From NCBI GenBank assembly GCA_964583985.1, contig CAZOYD010000009.1, forward strand, positions 12,272-76,271: a DNA stretch of 64,000 bases, given 5' to 3'. Positions 1 to 10,005 of this stretch are shown here, in pieces; the first letter of the stretch is position 1; each line of letters opens with the position of its first letter. The stretch comes from an uncultured archaeon (GTDB lineage: Archaea; Asgardarchaeota; Lokiarchaeia; Sigyniarchaeales; SOKP01). The notes below the pieces were generated by a model, which saw nothing but the letters and a program-made list of their open reading frames with translations, was not told the DNA's origin and did no database searches. The position numbers and the translations under genes are program-made.

Positions 1-2219
1 ATCCTTTCCAAGTTATCTCTCAGATTGTACAAGTCACCCGCCATGATATTATGCTTCTGAATGATACTATCGACGGGTTCTTCATCTGTCCATTCCAATA
101 GGGGGTTTAATAATCTATAATCCCTCACTCTTCGTTCAGCACGAAGAATGTCATAGGCTTCCTTTATCATTTCTTGATAAGAGGCTATTTCTAAATTCTC
201 CAATTTAGATCGAATTAGAACCCCTGATACAGGATACAAATATAGTCGTATGATCAACTTTCCAAATTGTGAACATTTTATGGTCCCATTCTCGTTTTTA
301 ATTATTAAACCTTTTTCAAACAAGTAATTTAGTATGTATTGGGTCTTTAAACATTGAGGAATAACATCCTCCACGTGTTTCTGGAAGTTTGGGTCGGGAA
401 TTTCAAACAGATATAGCAAGAAGGCTACGACATGATCGCAAAATTCAAAAGAAAACTTGGTAGTTGCGTATCCATCCGACATTCCATTCTCAAACCCACA
501 AGAACATTCAATACCCCTATCAAGATCAAATTGGATGTTATAGACCCCATAATCTGTTTTCAAGTATCCACCAATTCCCTCCTTGGTAAACCGAGATATT
601 TTAATGGGATACGATCGCTTCTTAATGGTATTTATTTTTTCAGGATGAGAATGTAATCTCAAAATGTTTTTTGGTGATATTTCTTCGATCAGGAGTAGCT
701 GCTCTATAGGAATAGCATCATCTCCCATTTTATCTTGTATACAAAACCAAAAAAATGTTTTTTTAAAGAAACTCTTTAATTGGTCCATTGAAATGTTTTC
801 TTCCTCGTAAACTCTTAATAGAACTTGTTCCTTCAGCGTGTGAACGGTATTTAACCCGGAACCTAAATCATTATATTTGGGAACAATTTCCTTGGTTGAA
901 TCTCCGGGGAAAAAATAATGATCTTCCACAAAATCTCTCTCATTTACATCACTTACGAGGATGATTCCATGTCCTATTGAATCCAAGCCTGGTCTACCAG
1001 CTCTTCCCAACATTTGAAATACCTCATTTGGGGAAAATGGTTTAAAATAGGAAAATCCATCTCCATTTTCATGAAGATCTTCGAAATTCTTGATGTTATG
1101 CCCCGATGTGGTATATCTCTTGAAATCTCTTAAAATGACCATTCTTGCCGGAAGGTTAATACCAGCAGATAATGTGGTGGTGGTAATTATAACTTTAAGC
1201 ACGTGCTTTCTAAATGATTCTTCGACAACTTTACGTTCCCTTGGAAGTAAACCTGCATGATGAAATGCAATACCATGCTTTATTGACTTTCTCAAGTCAG
1301 GAACACCTCCTCTAAGTGATGACAAGTTACCTTCCGCTTCTTTACATCCATTCAGTTCATCGGGACTCAGGTGTCCTTTTACCAACATTCTTAGATTATT
1401 AGCAATGCTCTGGGTGAGCTTTCGCTTATTAACAAACACTAACACCTGACCATTCTGAGATAAAGTATCATTTACGACTTTTTTCAAGGTGGAATCCTTG
1501 TTACGAGTGATTTCAATCTGATAGTGAAGCGGTACGGGTCTCACATCCGACTTGATTAAAACTGTCTCATTTCCAAGCGATGAAAGCCATTGATTGAAAA
1601 ATTCTGGGTTTGCAATGGTTGCAGAAAGCCCGATGATTTGAGGTTGGTGCAAGAATTCATTGAGTCGCACGATGAGTGATTCCAAACGCGGACCCCTATC
1701 AGATTCGTCAATAACATGGATCTCATCTATCACGATAGTAGTGATCTCTGAAATCCATTGCTTGTCGTGAAAATTCCTTAGTATGGAATCCATTTTTTCG
1801 TAGGTCGTGATGATTAGATCAGCTTCCTCTAATACTTTTTCTTCGGGTTCTTGATCTCCTATGGAAAGTTCCACGCGTATGCCAAACCGTTCGTAATCAT
1901 GCTTGAATGAAAGATATTTTTCGGAAGCTAATGCTTTGAAGGGTACTAAATATGCTGATTTACCAAAATTATTGAAAAGGGCGTGAACCGCGCATAACTC
2001 GCCAATGAGAGTCTTGCCACTCCCGCTTGGTGCACAAACTAAGAAGGATTTTCGGAAAAATAACCCTTTCGCGATCGCTTCTTTTTGAATTGTTCTTAAA
2101 CTAAAAATTTGGTGTTCTAAGAGCACCCGTTGAAGTCGTTCATCATTTATGTATTGAAGCACTTCTGGAGGTCCATCTATTGTGGGGATTTGTGATCTGA
2201 CATACTTTTTTAACGACAC
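1..2219 (-). CDS. Hel308/Ski2-like SF2 DExH helicase with inserted SWIM Zn finger (3' end beyond window)
   Basis: Not in ORF track; translated by hand in segments from a probable GTG at 2219, no in-frame stop seen before the edge. Walker A APSGSGKT (2010-2033), DEIH (1716-1727), GLSAT, TTTLSAGINLPAR, QMLGRAGRPG; CxC-x19-CxH at 432-506. Confidence 0.9.
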   Translation of the reverse strand, partial: MSLKKYVRSQIPTIDGPPEVLQYINDERLQRVLLEHQIFSLRTIQKEAIAKGLFFRKSFLVCAPSGSGKTLIGELCAVHALFNNFGKSAYLVPFKALASEKYLSFKHDYERFGIRVELSIGDQEPEEKVLEEADLIITTYEKMDSILRNFHDKQWISEITTIVIDEIHVIDESDRGPRLESLIVRLNEFLHQPQIIGLSATIANPEFFNQWLSSLGNETVLIKSDVRPVPLHYQIEITRNKDSTLKKVVNDTLSQNGQVLVFVNKRKLTQSIANNLRMLVKGHLSPDELNGCKEAEGNLSSLRGGVPDLRKSIKHGIAFHHAGLLPRERKVVEESFRKHVLKVIITTTTLSAGINLPARMVILRDFKRYTTSGHNIKNFEDLHENGDGFSYFKPFSPNEVFQMLGRAGRPGLDSIGHGIILVSDVNERDFVEDHYFFPGDSTKEIVPKYNDLGSGLNTVHTLKEQVLLRVYEEENISMDQLKSFFKKTFFWFCIQDKMGDDAIPIEQLLLIEEISPKNILRLHSHPEKINTIKKRSYPIKISRFTKEGIGGYLKTDYGVYNIQFDLDRGIECSCGFENGMSDGYATTKFSFEFCDHVVAFLLYLFEIPDPNFQKHVEDVIPQCLKTQYILNYLFEKGLIIKNENGTIKCSQFGKLIIRLYLYPVSGVLIRSKLENLEIASYQEMIKEAYDILRAERRVRDYRLLNPLLEWTDEEPVDSIIQKHNIMAGDLYNLRDNLER

Positions 2220-2344
2220 GTATGAGCTAACCTTATCCTTTTTTATAAAGAAAAATTTTCAGGAAAAATCATGCAAGTTGCTTTTTCTCTTTTTTTCAGT
2301 TTTTTTTTTTATAAATAAGAACATTCTAATTATACTTGAATATC

Positions 2345-4453
2345 ATGGTTAGCGTAAATGGAACACTTCAAGTAGAAAAAAAATGGGATTTGGTATTTTT
2401 ATATGAAAATCTGCAAGAAATTCTCGATGAAAATGATATCGAGCAAGCAATGTATTTTGCTAAGAATGCATTAAGGGAAGCGCAAACTCAAGAAAATGCG
2501 GAGTGGACTGCAAAATTTCAAGAAATAATAAACCAGCTCATTCAAACCAGAAATTTATATGAAGCTCCATCTCAAGAATCTACAAGTAACAATCAAGTGA
2601 TTCAATCAAAAAGAGATGATCTCACAAAAATAAAAGGAATCGGACCAAGTATCGCCCTAAAATTACAATCTAATGGATTTAATACCATTAAAGATATCAT
2701 AACTTCTACACCAGAACAAATTGCTAGCATTCCGGGAATTGGAGTTGCTACCGCAAGTAAGATGATCACGAATGCAAACGCATGGGTTAATGAAAGTGAC
2801 GAACAATCTATCCCTAAAAGTAAAAATCTCGCCGCCGTAACCCCAAAAGCTCTCACATCCTATAAAATGTTAAAATCCCAAGCTCAAGATAATAAGCCAA
2901 TTAGTAAAAATCTAAATGAATGGTTCGATTCCTTGCAAGATCAAAAAGCAATTGAAACCGAGAAAGTTTCTGATTCTCTTAATGAAGAACGTGTAAATTT
3001 CAGCTCTGCCACAAAAGAAATAGATACAGATGAAAATATAAGTAAAATTGATGAGGAGAAAGTGGCAAAAGAAGAACTTGAGGAAGAAAATCTTAGTACT
3101 AGTGAAGAATATGAGGTAAAACCATTGCAAAACAAAATATGTGTGCCTTATTTCACGAGGAGAGTCGATGCTGAAATTGAACCATTATCAAAGCCAGTTC
3201 AAATACCAGAAATAGAATTAAGTGAGAAAATCGTACCAATAAAAACGCCAATAATTGACAAAAATCGGCATTGTCAAACAATTGCACGAATTATAAAAGA
3301 TCGACAATTGCACGAGTTTTCTTTAAATGATCAAGAAATGCGGGAATTTCAACGTGGGATCGACAATTTTGCATGTAAAGTTATTACGGTTTCCTATAAC
3401 AGGCGTTTAATATTGCTCATGCCGATAAAATTCCTAAACTCTCAAAATCCCCTCTTCATATCTGAAATGAGGGTTTTGAAACCAATTAGTGCAAATAACT
3501 CTACATCATTACAATATGTCCCAGATTCCGTAGCAGAAGCCCATGCAAGGCAACTCAAGAAGGTTTCTGATGCCATGTTTGATAATTTTACGGATGAGGG
3601 AGCTCTGTACGCATTATTATCGAGATATTTTGGATTGGATACCATTGTACAAAAAGGTTTCAAACAAAAACCTCTTTTCATGGCATCTGGAGAAATCGAG
3701 TATGAGATCGTCATCGATCCAATACTTGTGACAAATCATTCCGTTTCATCCATTGAAAAAACGGTCTCATTTCCTTATCAACATTCATCAAATTTACACG
3801 TAATTGAATTGGAGGAATTAAGTGAGTTAATGGAATTCTTGGAACAAAAACATAATCTAATAACAACTCAAGATTCGGCTTCAAATTCCCTCGTGAAACA
3901 AGTTAAGATGAAAAACGTGTTCTATAAAAACCTTAAGAATTATTCGTTACCTTTCTTGTTTTTTGGCGCAATTTTTTCCCTTTTCTTAGTAATACAAATG
4001 AGAGATTTAATACGATTGCTTATATCTCTTGGATTTGCATTGATTTTTATATATGGAGGTGCCATCGCGCTAGTTTTATATCAATATTTCCAAGGAACAA
4101 ACAATATGGCAATTAATTTTAAGATGCCTTATTATGAGAAGCCGATTGAGCTTCGCAAGGAGGATCTGATCTTAATCAGGGAGGAATTTTCTGATGATTG
4201 GATGATTCAGCTTGAGCATGAAGTAAAAGAGACAGCATATAATTCAAAGAAAAACAGATTCACGTCTTTCCAAACCAAGAAATCGGGGATTGAGCCTCAA
4301 AACGATAATAATTCGATTAGAGGTGACCAATTAGGCCTCGAGCAATTCGAAGCTGAAACCTTGGTCAAGAAAACTGAATTCGAACGAAATCAAGATTTAA
4401 ATTCATTGAATGATCCTATTCTATCCAAGTATCAGTCATTTTTAGATGACTAA
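2345..4453 (+). CDS. Membrane-anchored helix-hairpin-helix protein with putative PD-(D/E)XK-like domain
   Basis: Tandem HhH (DDLTKIKGIGP...IPGIGVATA), acidic linker, globular domain, two C-terminal TM helices; ATG 2345 preferred over TTG 2336. Confidence 0.75.
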   Translation: MVSVNGTLQVEKKWDLVFLYENLQEILDENDIEQAMYFAKNALREAQTQENAEWTAKFQEIINQLIQTRNLYEAPSQESTSNNQVIQSKRDDLTKIKGIGPSIALKLQSNGFNTIKDIITSTPEQIASIPGIGVATASKMITNANAWVNESDEQSIPKSKNLAAVTPKALTSYKMLKSQAQDNKPISKNLNEWFDSLQDQKAIETEKVSDSLNEERVNFSSATKEIDTDENISKIDEEKVAKEELEEENLSTSEEYEVKPLQNKICVPYFTRRVDAEIEPLSKPVQIPEIELSEKIVPIKTPIIDKNRHCQTIARIIKDRQLHEFSLNDQEMREFQRGIDNFACKVITVSYNRRLILLMPIKFLNSQNPLFISEMRVLKPISANNSTSLQYVPDSVAEAHARQLKKVSDAMFDNFTDEGALYALLSRYFGLDTIVQKGFKQKPLFMASGEIEYEIVIDPILVTNHSVSSIEKTVSFPYQHSSNLHVIELEELSELMEFLEQKHNLITTQDSASNSLVKQVKMKNVFYKNLKNYSLPFLFFGAIFSLFLVIQMRDLIRLLISLGFALIFIYGGAIALVLYQYFQGTNNMAINFKMPYYEKPIELRKEDLILIREEFSDDWMIQLEHEVKETAYNSKKNRFTSFQTKKSGIEPQNDNNSIRGDQLGLEQFEAETLVKKTEFERNQDLNSLNDPILSKYQSFLDD

Positions 4454-4582
4454 TCGTTCCTTTTTTAGACAAATACTTCACATATTATGACTATTTGAAG
4501 ATATAAATTATAAATATGAATCTCAAAATGATCATCGCGCTTTTTTTTTGTTTTTTATATACTTTTATTTGTTTTTTATGAT

Positions 4583-5350
4583 ATGAATATTCATGATAAA
4601 TCAGCTGACGTTCTTAAGCTGTGTTTTATCGTTGGACTATTATTCACGTTTGTATCGTTGTTTTTAGAATGGTACATCGTGGATGTTTTCAATGAATCGG
4701 GACAAAAACTAGTAGAAAACACTCATGCGATCCTGAATGGATGGGTAACCATCAAGTATCTTGAAAATAGCGTGTTAAATCAATATATTCCTAAAAATAC
4801 CATGATGTCGCCCATGTTGACTCTCATTCAGGTCTTCATGATAGTAGGATCGATTATAATCGCTTTATTTAAAAACCCAGAAACTGCATCGAACTTGGAG
4901 ACAACAAAATCAAATGCCTATTTCTTCCTCACAACAAGTTTTATGATCACTCTCATGATTACGACCTTTCCTTTCACGATTCTCTTTCCCAATGATCTTT
5001 TTTTTCCAGGAATGGTTCTAAATAATATGGGACTTTCCATCATTATCAATGAAGAGATTGGGATTGGTTATATTTTGCAATGCATGGGTTTCATCTTGAC
5101 TTTTCCATATGCATTTTTTTGTTATAAAGTTGCCACCACGTTCCAACAACAATCAAAAGTTCCTAATAAGCGCGTTCAAATGCAACGAGTTAAGAAATCT
5201 GTTAATTTGGATCAACTAATAGCAGAAGAAGACGCTTTTTTAACTGCCAAAGAAAGCATAAAAGGACAAGAAGGGGTCGAGCACCAAGTTGAGATTGCCT
5301 ATCAGCAATTTCAATCGCAAAGAAAAAATGGTAAGAGGGTAAAAAATTAA
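4583..5350 (+). CDS. Uncharacterised 4-TM membrane protein
   Basis: Four hydrophobic segments, charged C-terminal tail; stop overlaps next start (TAATG). Confidence 0.75.
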   Translation: MNIHDKSADVLKLCFIVGLLFTFVSLFLEWYIVDVFNESGQKLVENTHAILNGWVTIKYLENSVLNQYIPKNTMMSPMLTLIQVFMIVGSIIIALFKNPETASNLETTKSNAYFFLTTSFMITLMITTFPFTILFPNDLFFPGMVLNNMGLSIIINEEIGIGYILQCMGFILTFPYAFFCYKVATTFQQQSKVPNKRVQMQRVKKSVNLDQLIAEEDAFLTAKESIKGQEGVEHQVEIAYQQFQSQRKNGKRVKN

Positions 5351-6210
5351 TGTTGATGGATTCAATAGACCATAAATTTGAGACGTTAGTAGAGAAATGC
5401 ATAATGACTGGAAATCACGCCAAACTTTCTGCTACCACATTACACCTAATTAGCAACCAAGCAGATGTGATGGGTATTAAATTAGGAATTGGTAGCCGAA
5501 ATCCAAGAGAGGATGAATTTATCCATCATTTTTTGGAACGAATTAATCGCTATATCGTTCACTTAGGAATCGAACTCATTCCTGATGATATTATCATGAG
5601 AATAAAAATGGTCGAAGCGCTCTTTTCCAAATCAAGAGGAAACTTGCCAAAAACCTACTTAAAAGATGCTATCGCTCTTTATTATGACATTCAAAAGATA
5701 AAGATACCGGAAATTGATGGTTTTACTCGCATCCTAAGAACACAAGGCAATTCTGATACTAAGTCATTTAACATGTTTTCAAGAAGACCTCAAAATGCTT
5801 CTTCTTCAATGGTTCGCGATCTCTTAATGGATGAAATTGAGAAAAGAGAGAGAGAGTTCCAGAACCAATTAAAAAATTCAAAAGAAATAAATGAAGAAGT
5901 TTTAGAAGCTTCATTGCAATTAAAGAATATTAAGTCTATACTCAATCTCAAGGATTATCGTAAGATACCCATTCAAGGAAGATTGAAAGATAACCCGGAA
6001 TACCTCGCTTCCAAAAGAGGAAGTGGATGGTTAGTGATATTAGGGTTTATCATCTTGTTGGGAATATTTGAGGCAACAATGATCGCAGAAACAATTATCT
6101 TGCCGAGTTCGTTAGAAGCGGTTGGAGGACTCTTGATCTTCTTAATGATGAGCATCCTATTGATAGGATATCTCTATTATAACGCTATAAAAAGAGAGAG
6201 GAGGTATTAA
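5350..6210 (+). CDS. Uncharacterised helical/coiled-coil protein with two C-terminal TM helices
   Basis: Soluble helical N-terminus, coiled-coil, two hydrophobic helices; translationally coupled. Confidence 0.75.
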   Translation: MLMDSIDHKFETLVEKCIMTGNHAKLSATTLHLISNQADVMGIKLGIGSRNPREDEFIHHFLERINRYIVHLGIELIPDDIIMRIKMVEALFSKSRGNLPKTYLKDAIALYYDIQKIKIPEIDGFTRILRTQGNSDTKSFNMFSRRPQNASSSMVRDLLMDEIEKREREFQNQLKNSKEINEEVLEASLQLKNIKSILNLKDYRKIPIQGRLKDNPEYLASKRGSGWLVILGFIILLGIFEATMIAETIILPSSLEAVGGLLIFLMMSILLIGYLYYNAIKRERRY

Positions 6211-6213
6211 ACA

Positions 6214-9200
6214 ATGGTTAATTATGCAGAATATCTAAAACCAAAAATAATCCAAGTAGAAGAAAAGGAAGAGAAGCAGTATCTCAACATCTGGCGCCAA
6301 GGTCCTATACGAAAAGACGTGAATAAAAGCGTAATTTGGGTAAAATGGGGTGTTTTATTAGGAATCATTTCTGTCATTGGAGTCCACGGGTTTTTGTTAT
6401 CATTTGATCTCTTGAAAATCATCTCTCTATGTGCGTTCCTCATCATGCTCTTCATCGCGATCTTTTCCAACCTATTATCTTTTAGAGTTTCTTATAATCC
6501 TTTTGAATCCTTATCTTTTTGGCAATTGAAAGGGGACTCAAATTCCATTTTTTTTACCAATCGAGAAGATTTGCTGACGGTGGGGACGAGAATTTTTCGG
6601 GTCGAGGTACTACCTGAAAATGTTAGTGCCAATTTCACGCAATTTATCAGAGTGCTCTCAACTCGCTATCAAACCATTACTTACCAAGTGATTCAACAAC
6701 CTATCATATCTCCTTTAACTCAATCATCCCCAACGAAGAAAGAAATAAATGGAGCTAGGATGACTTCATTTCGAACCATTATCTATTTTGCATTATCTCA
6801 CGAGATTATAGGTAATTTTTCTACTAATAAATTTAATCGATTCTTAGAAACCTTGCATTCTAAAACGTTGGCAATTAAATCTGATTTTGTCGCAAATTTC
6901 CATCACTATAAGATAACACTATTGGAAAAAAATGAAGCATTACAAGCCTTGAGGACCATTTTCCTCAAGCAAGAGGTTCCTCCAAGTGATCAGACCAAGC
7001 ATGATGTAAAATTAACATTAAAAGCTATTTCCAAAGCAATCATGATCCTAATCATCTCAATTCTTGTTGGTGGGTTAGTTTCTGCCGTTTGGAAGAACTG
7101 GGTTCTTACAATCATATCATTCATCGTTGTAATAATGACTATAATCATTGGTTGGTGGAAAGAACCCTTATTCCAGCTTTTTTCAAAAAATAAATTTACC
7201 TCTCCAGAAATCATTCCTATTAATCCCTTTGAAGATATACAATTCTTTATTTTTTCACGGGTGCCTGAAACGATTTTTTTTCAAGTAGGAGACGAGTTAT
7301 TGGGAGGAATAAAAGCATTTAGCGTGAATGAGGTTAAATTACCCATATTTGCACATGATAGTAAGTTTTTCGGTTCGCTCATGGCTCAAGGAATATCCTT
7401 TGGAACCACGATAGTTGCAGGAGCAATTTCTTATTATAAATTTTATAAAATAGGAAACAAGTCCTTGAATCGATCAGAAAAAAAAAAACATATGAGCAAG
7501 ATAAGAGATAGGCAGGAAGAAGATAAGTGGATGATCCAAAGAGCCGGCATGTGGAAAATGATAGGAATGTATACTACTCAGGCATATAAGCGCGTGAAAA
7601 ACGTTTCCACCGCTGATTTCCAAGACCTTGAATCTCAGCTCCGGGAAAATGCGATGATCCTGAAAACCTCATTTCATTCCTATTACTCTACTTTTAATAT
7701 TAAACCTCTCAAAAAAGATCACTTGGAATCCGCACTTTCCCTGAGTTCACTCAAAACCAGGTTTATTCAGTCAAAAGGTTCATATTTGCCTTTCATGTTG
7801 ATTCAAGGTACCACATTAACTCATTTCATCACCATTGCCAATGAATTCAAGAAAGGAATTGAAACCAGAATTGCGGCTGAATTTAATACCCCACTACAAT
7901 TAGAAAGTCAAGTAAATATTGGAACAACTATCAATACAGAGTTTTTGGAGGGAGAAATCGACGCGGGATTTACAAGAGATCAGGTCAAACGTTTATTAAT
8001 AACCAATGGTACATCTCAAAGCAGGGAAATGGTGACAATGCTAATGGTCGCAGAGCTCATCAAGCAAGGTCAGCATTCCATAATTTTTGATTATTCGGGA
8101 AATTGGTCAAAACTTATCAGATTCTTTGATGGAATGCCCAAACAAAAGTCAATAATTTACTATAAATTGGGTCGAACGATGACAATCGATCCAATCCATT
8201 CTGAACTTCCATTCGATGCCCATAATCTTAAATTTTTGAACTTAATGCTAGATGTCTATGGCATGAGCTTTAAAAAAGATGAGAGAACTGTTGATCTTTT
8301 TAAAAATTCACTTTCAAACCTCCCCTCAAAGTTAAAAGATGAAGATTCGAGTGCGGATTATTCCACGCTCGTAACGCACGTAAAAAATTTACCCGACCAC
8401 GAAAAGAGAGATGGAGTTGAATCCATAATTGCCACTCTCAAAGAATTCTCGGCTGAAGATACTACATACCTTTATACTAAAAATTTTCGAGAAACTAAGT
8501 TCATCTCATCGATCTACGAATTCTTAACAAATAATAAAACGGTAATCATCGATATATCAGGTTCATCAGATTTGAACAAACAAGTCTTTTTTACTTGGTT
8601 GATCATAGCAAAATTCATCCATTATCTCAAATACAACGATACACATGTCCCCAAATTTTTAGTAATTCCAAATCTAGACCTCATATTTGATGTTTATTTC
8701 CTGGAAAAACCAATGAAATACGGCAAAATTTCTAAGTTAATGACCCCCTTATTGCAAAAAGGTTTTGGATTCATCTGCTCTGTCGATCAAATACACCATG
8801 TCCATCCACAAGTACTTACAATTCTTGAGAATTATATAGCATTTAAGTCAATTGATCCTCGAGATATTTCCACGCTTCGAAACCTACTCAATCTTGAAGA
8901 AATGCATGGAACGGGCATGTATAGTAAATCGCGAAATGAGTTATATCAAGCGAGATATTTAATGACCATGCGCCCTCTTGAAGCCATAATGAAGCGTACT
9001 GATATTTACCAGCCATTTCCAATAAAAATTGATTCATTAAAATTTACGGAATTAAAAGCACTCGATTGGGAAGAAATTATCATTCACATGGAAGCCCAAG
9101 GATTTAACATGAAAAAGAGCGAAAGAATAATATTAGAACGGGCACAAAAGACGGTGTTTGAAAAAGATATGGGGGATCATTCTCATCTGATTCCAGAAAT

Positions 9201-10005
9201 CATCACGTTCTTGGAAAGTTTGAGAACCGTTCATGCCATAGGGAATTTATATAAGAGCAAGATTCGTGAAGAACTCAAGAAGGTGATATATCCCAAACTT
9301 TCATTGATAAATCAGAATAAAAATGTAGTGAATAAAATTAGGGATGAAATCTTAAATATTCTTTTTAGTAGAGGATATTTAGTGGAAACTCATCCCCCAC
9401 AAGCAAGTGGGGGTCAATCCGTTCGTTCAAGTTATCAAGTCTCCCCAAAGTTTGATAGAGTCTTAGAGGATTATTATGAAACGCGAAGGAAAACACTAGC
9501 TGACATCGATTTGGAAATCATTGACAAGCAATCCGACACCATTCCTGATTTTAAATTCGGTCCATCCCAAGAATCCCTGCTAAAAAGGTTAGCCATAGAC
9601 AAAGTTAAACCCATCATTCGCTCCGAATTAATTGATATTTTACAATGGAACTTGTTTCAAATAACGAGGGATTTGAACAAGGGAAATCTGGATCGTGCGT
9701 TAACCATTGCCCAAGATCTCTCCGAGATGTATATTTCTAATGTTCAAGCACGAATAGAGCAACTCCCAGAGATTGGAGTGTTTAAATCAAGAGAACTTTT
9801 CCTAAAAAGCTTAGTAGCACTGGATGGTTTTCCTTTAACTCAAGAAGAAATAGAAAATTATTTAGCATATCCATCAACCCTGACAATTTCTGATGAAAAA
9901 ACACTGAAAAAGGAAGCGTGTGATGCATTAGTGAAATCCCACCAAAGAATATCTCATTTATTAGAAGAATATACTTACATGCAACAAGGAGGAGAAGACT
10001 TATGA
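6214..10005 (+). CDS. Membrane-bound VirB4/HerA-like P-loop protein with degenerate Walker A/B (pseudo-ATPase)
   Basis: Two (2TM + alpha/beta) repeats, then LLITNGTSQSRE (Walker A position), IIFDYSGNW, VIIDISG, FLVIPNLD (Walker B position), GFGFICSVDQ; SD GAGGAGG upstream. Confidence 0.65.
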   Translation: MVNYAEYLKPKIIQVEEKEEKQYLNIWRQGPIRKDVNKSVIWVKWGVLLGIISVIGVHGFLLSFDLLKIISLCAFLIMLFIAIFSNLLSFRVSYNPFESLSFWQLKGDSNSIFFTNREDLLTVGTRIFRVEVLPENVSANFTQFIRVLSTRYQTITYQVIQQPIISPLTQSSPTKKEINGARMTSFRTIIYFALSHEIIGNFSTNKFNRFLETLHSKTLAIKSDFVANFHHYKITLLEKNEALQALRTIFLKQEVPPSDQTKHDVKLTLKAISKAIMILIISILVGGLVSAVWKNWVLTIISFIVVIMTIIIGWWKEPLFQLFSKNKFTSPEIIPINPFEDIQFFIFSRVPETIFFQVGDELLGGIKAFSVNEVKLPIFAHDSKFFGSLMAQGISFGTTIVAGAISYYKFYKIGNKSLNRSEKKKHMSKIRDRQEEDKWMIQRAGMWKMIGMYTTQAYKRVKNVSTADFQDLESQLRENAMILKTSFHSYYSTFNIKPLKKDHLESALSLSSLKTRFIQSKGSYLPFMLIQGTTLTHFITIANEFKKGIETRIAAEFNTPLQLESQVNIGTTINTEFLEGEIDAGFTRDQVKRLLITNGTSQSREMVTMLMVAELIKQGQHSIIFDYSGNWSKLIRFFDGMPKQKSIIYYKLGRTMTIDPIHSELPFDAHNLKFLNLMLDVYGMSFKKDERTVDLFKNSLSNLPSKLKDEDSSADYSTLVTHVKNLPDHEKRDGVESIIATLKEFSAEDTTYLYTKNFRETKFISSIYEFLTNNKTVIIDISGSSDLNKQVFFTWLIIAKFIHYLKYNDTHVPKFLVIPNLDLIFDVYFLEKPMKYGKISKLMTPLLQKGFGFICSVDQIHHVHPQVLTILENYIAFKSIDPRDISTLRNLLNLEEMHGTGMYSKSRNELYQARYLMTMRPLEAIMKRTDIYQPFPIKIDSLKFTELKALDWEEIIIHMEAQGFNMKKSERIILERAQKTVFEKDMGDHSHLIPEIITFLESLRTVHAIGNLYKSKIREELKKVIYPKLSLINQNKNVVNKIRDEILNILFSRGYLVETHPPQASGGQSVRSSYQVSPKFDRVLEDYYETRRKTLADIDLEIIDKQSDTIPDFKFGPSQESLLKRLAIDKVKPIIRSELIDILQWNLFQITRDLNKGNLDRALTIAQDLSEMYISNVQARIEQLPEIGVFKSRELFLKSLVALDGFPLTQEEIENYLAYPSTLTISDEKTLKKEACDALVKSHQRISHLLEEYTYMQQGGEDL

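Noticed and set aside
432-656. 74-aa plus-strand ORF
   Set aside because: Antisense shadow of the helicase
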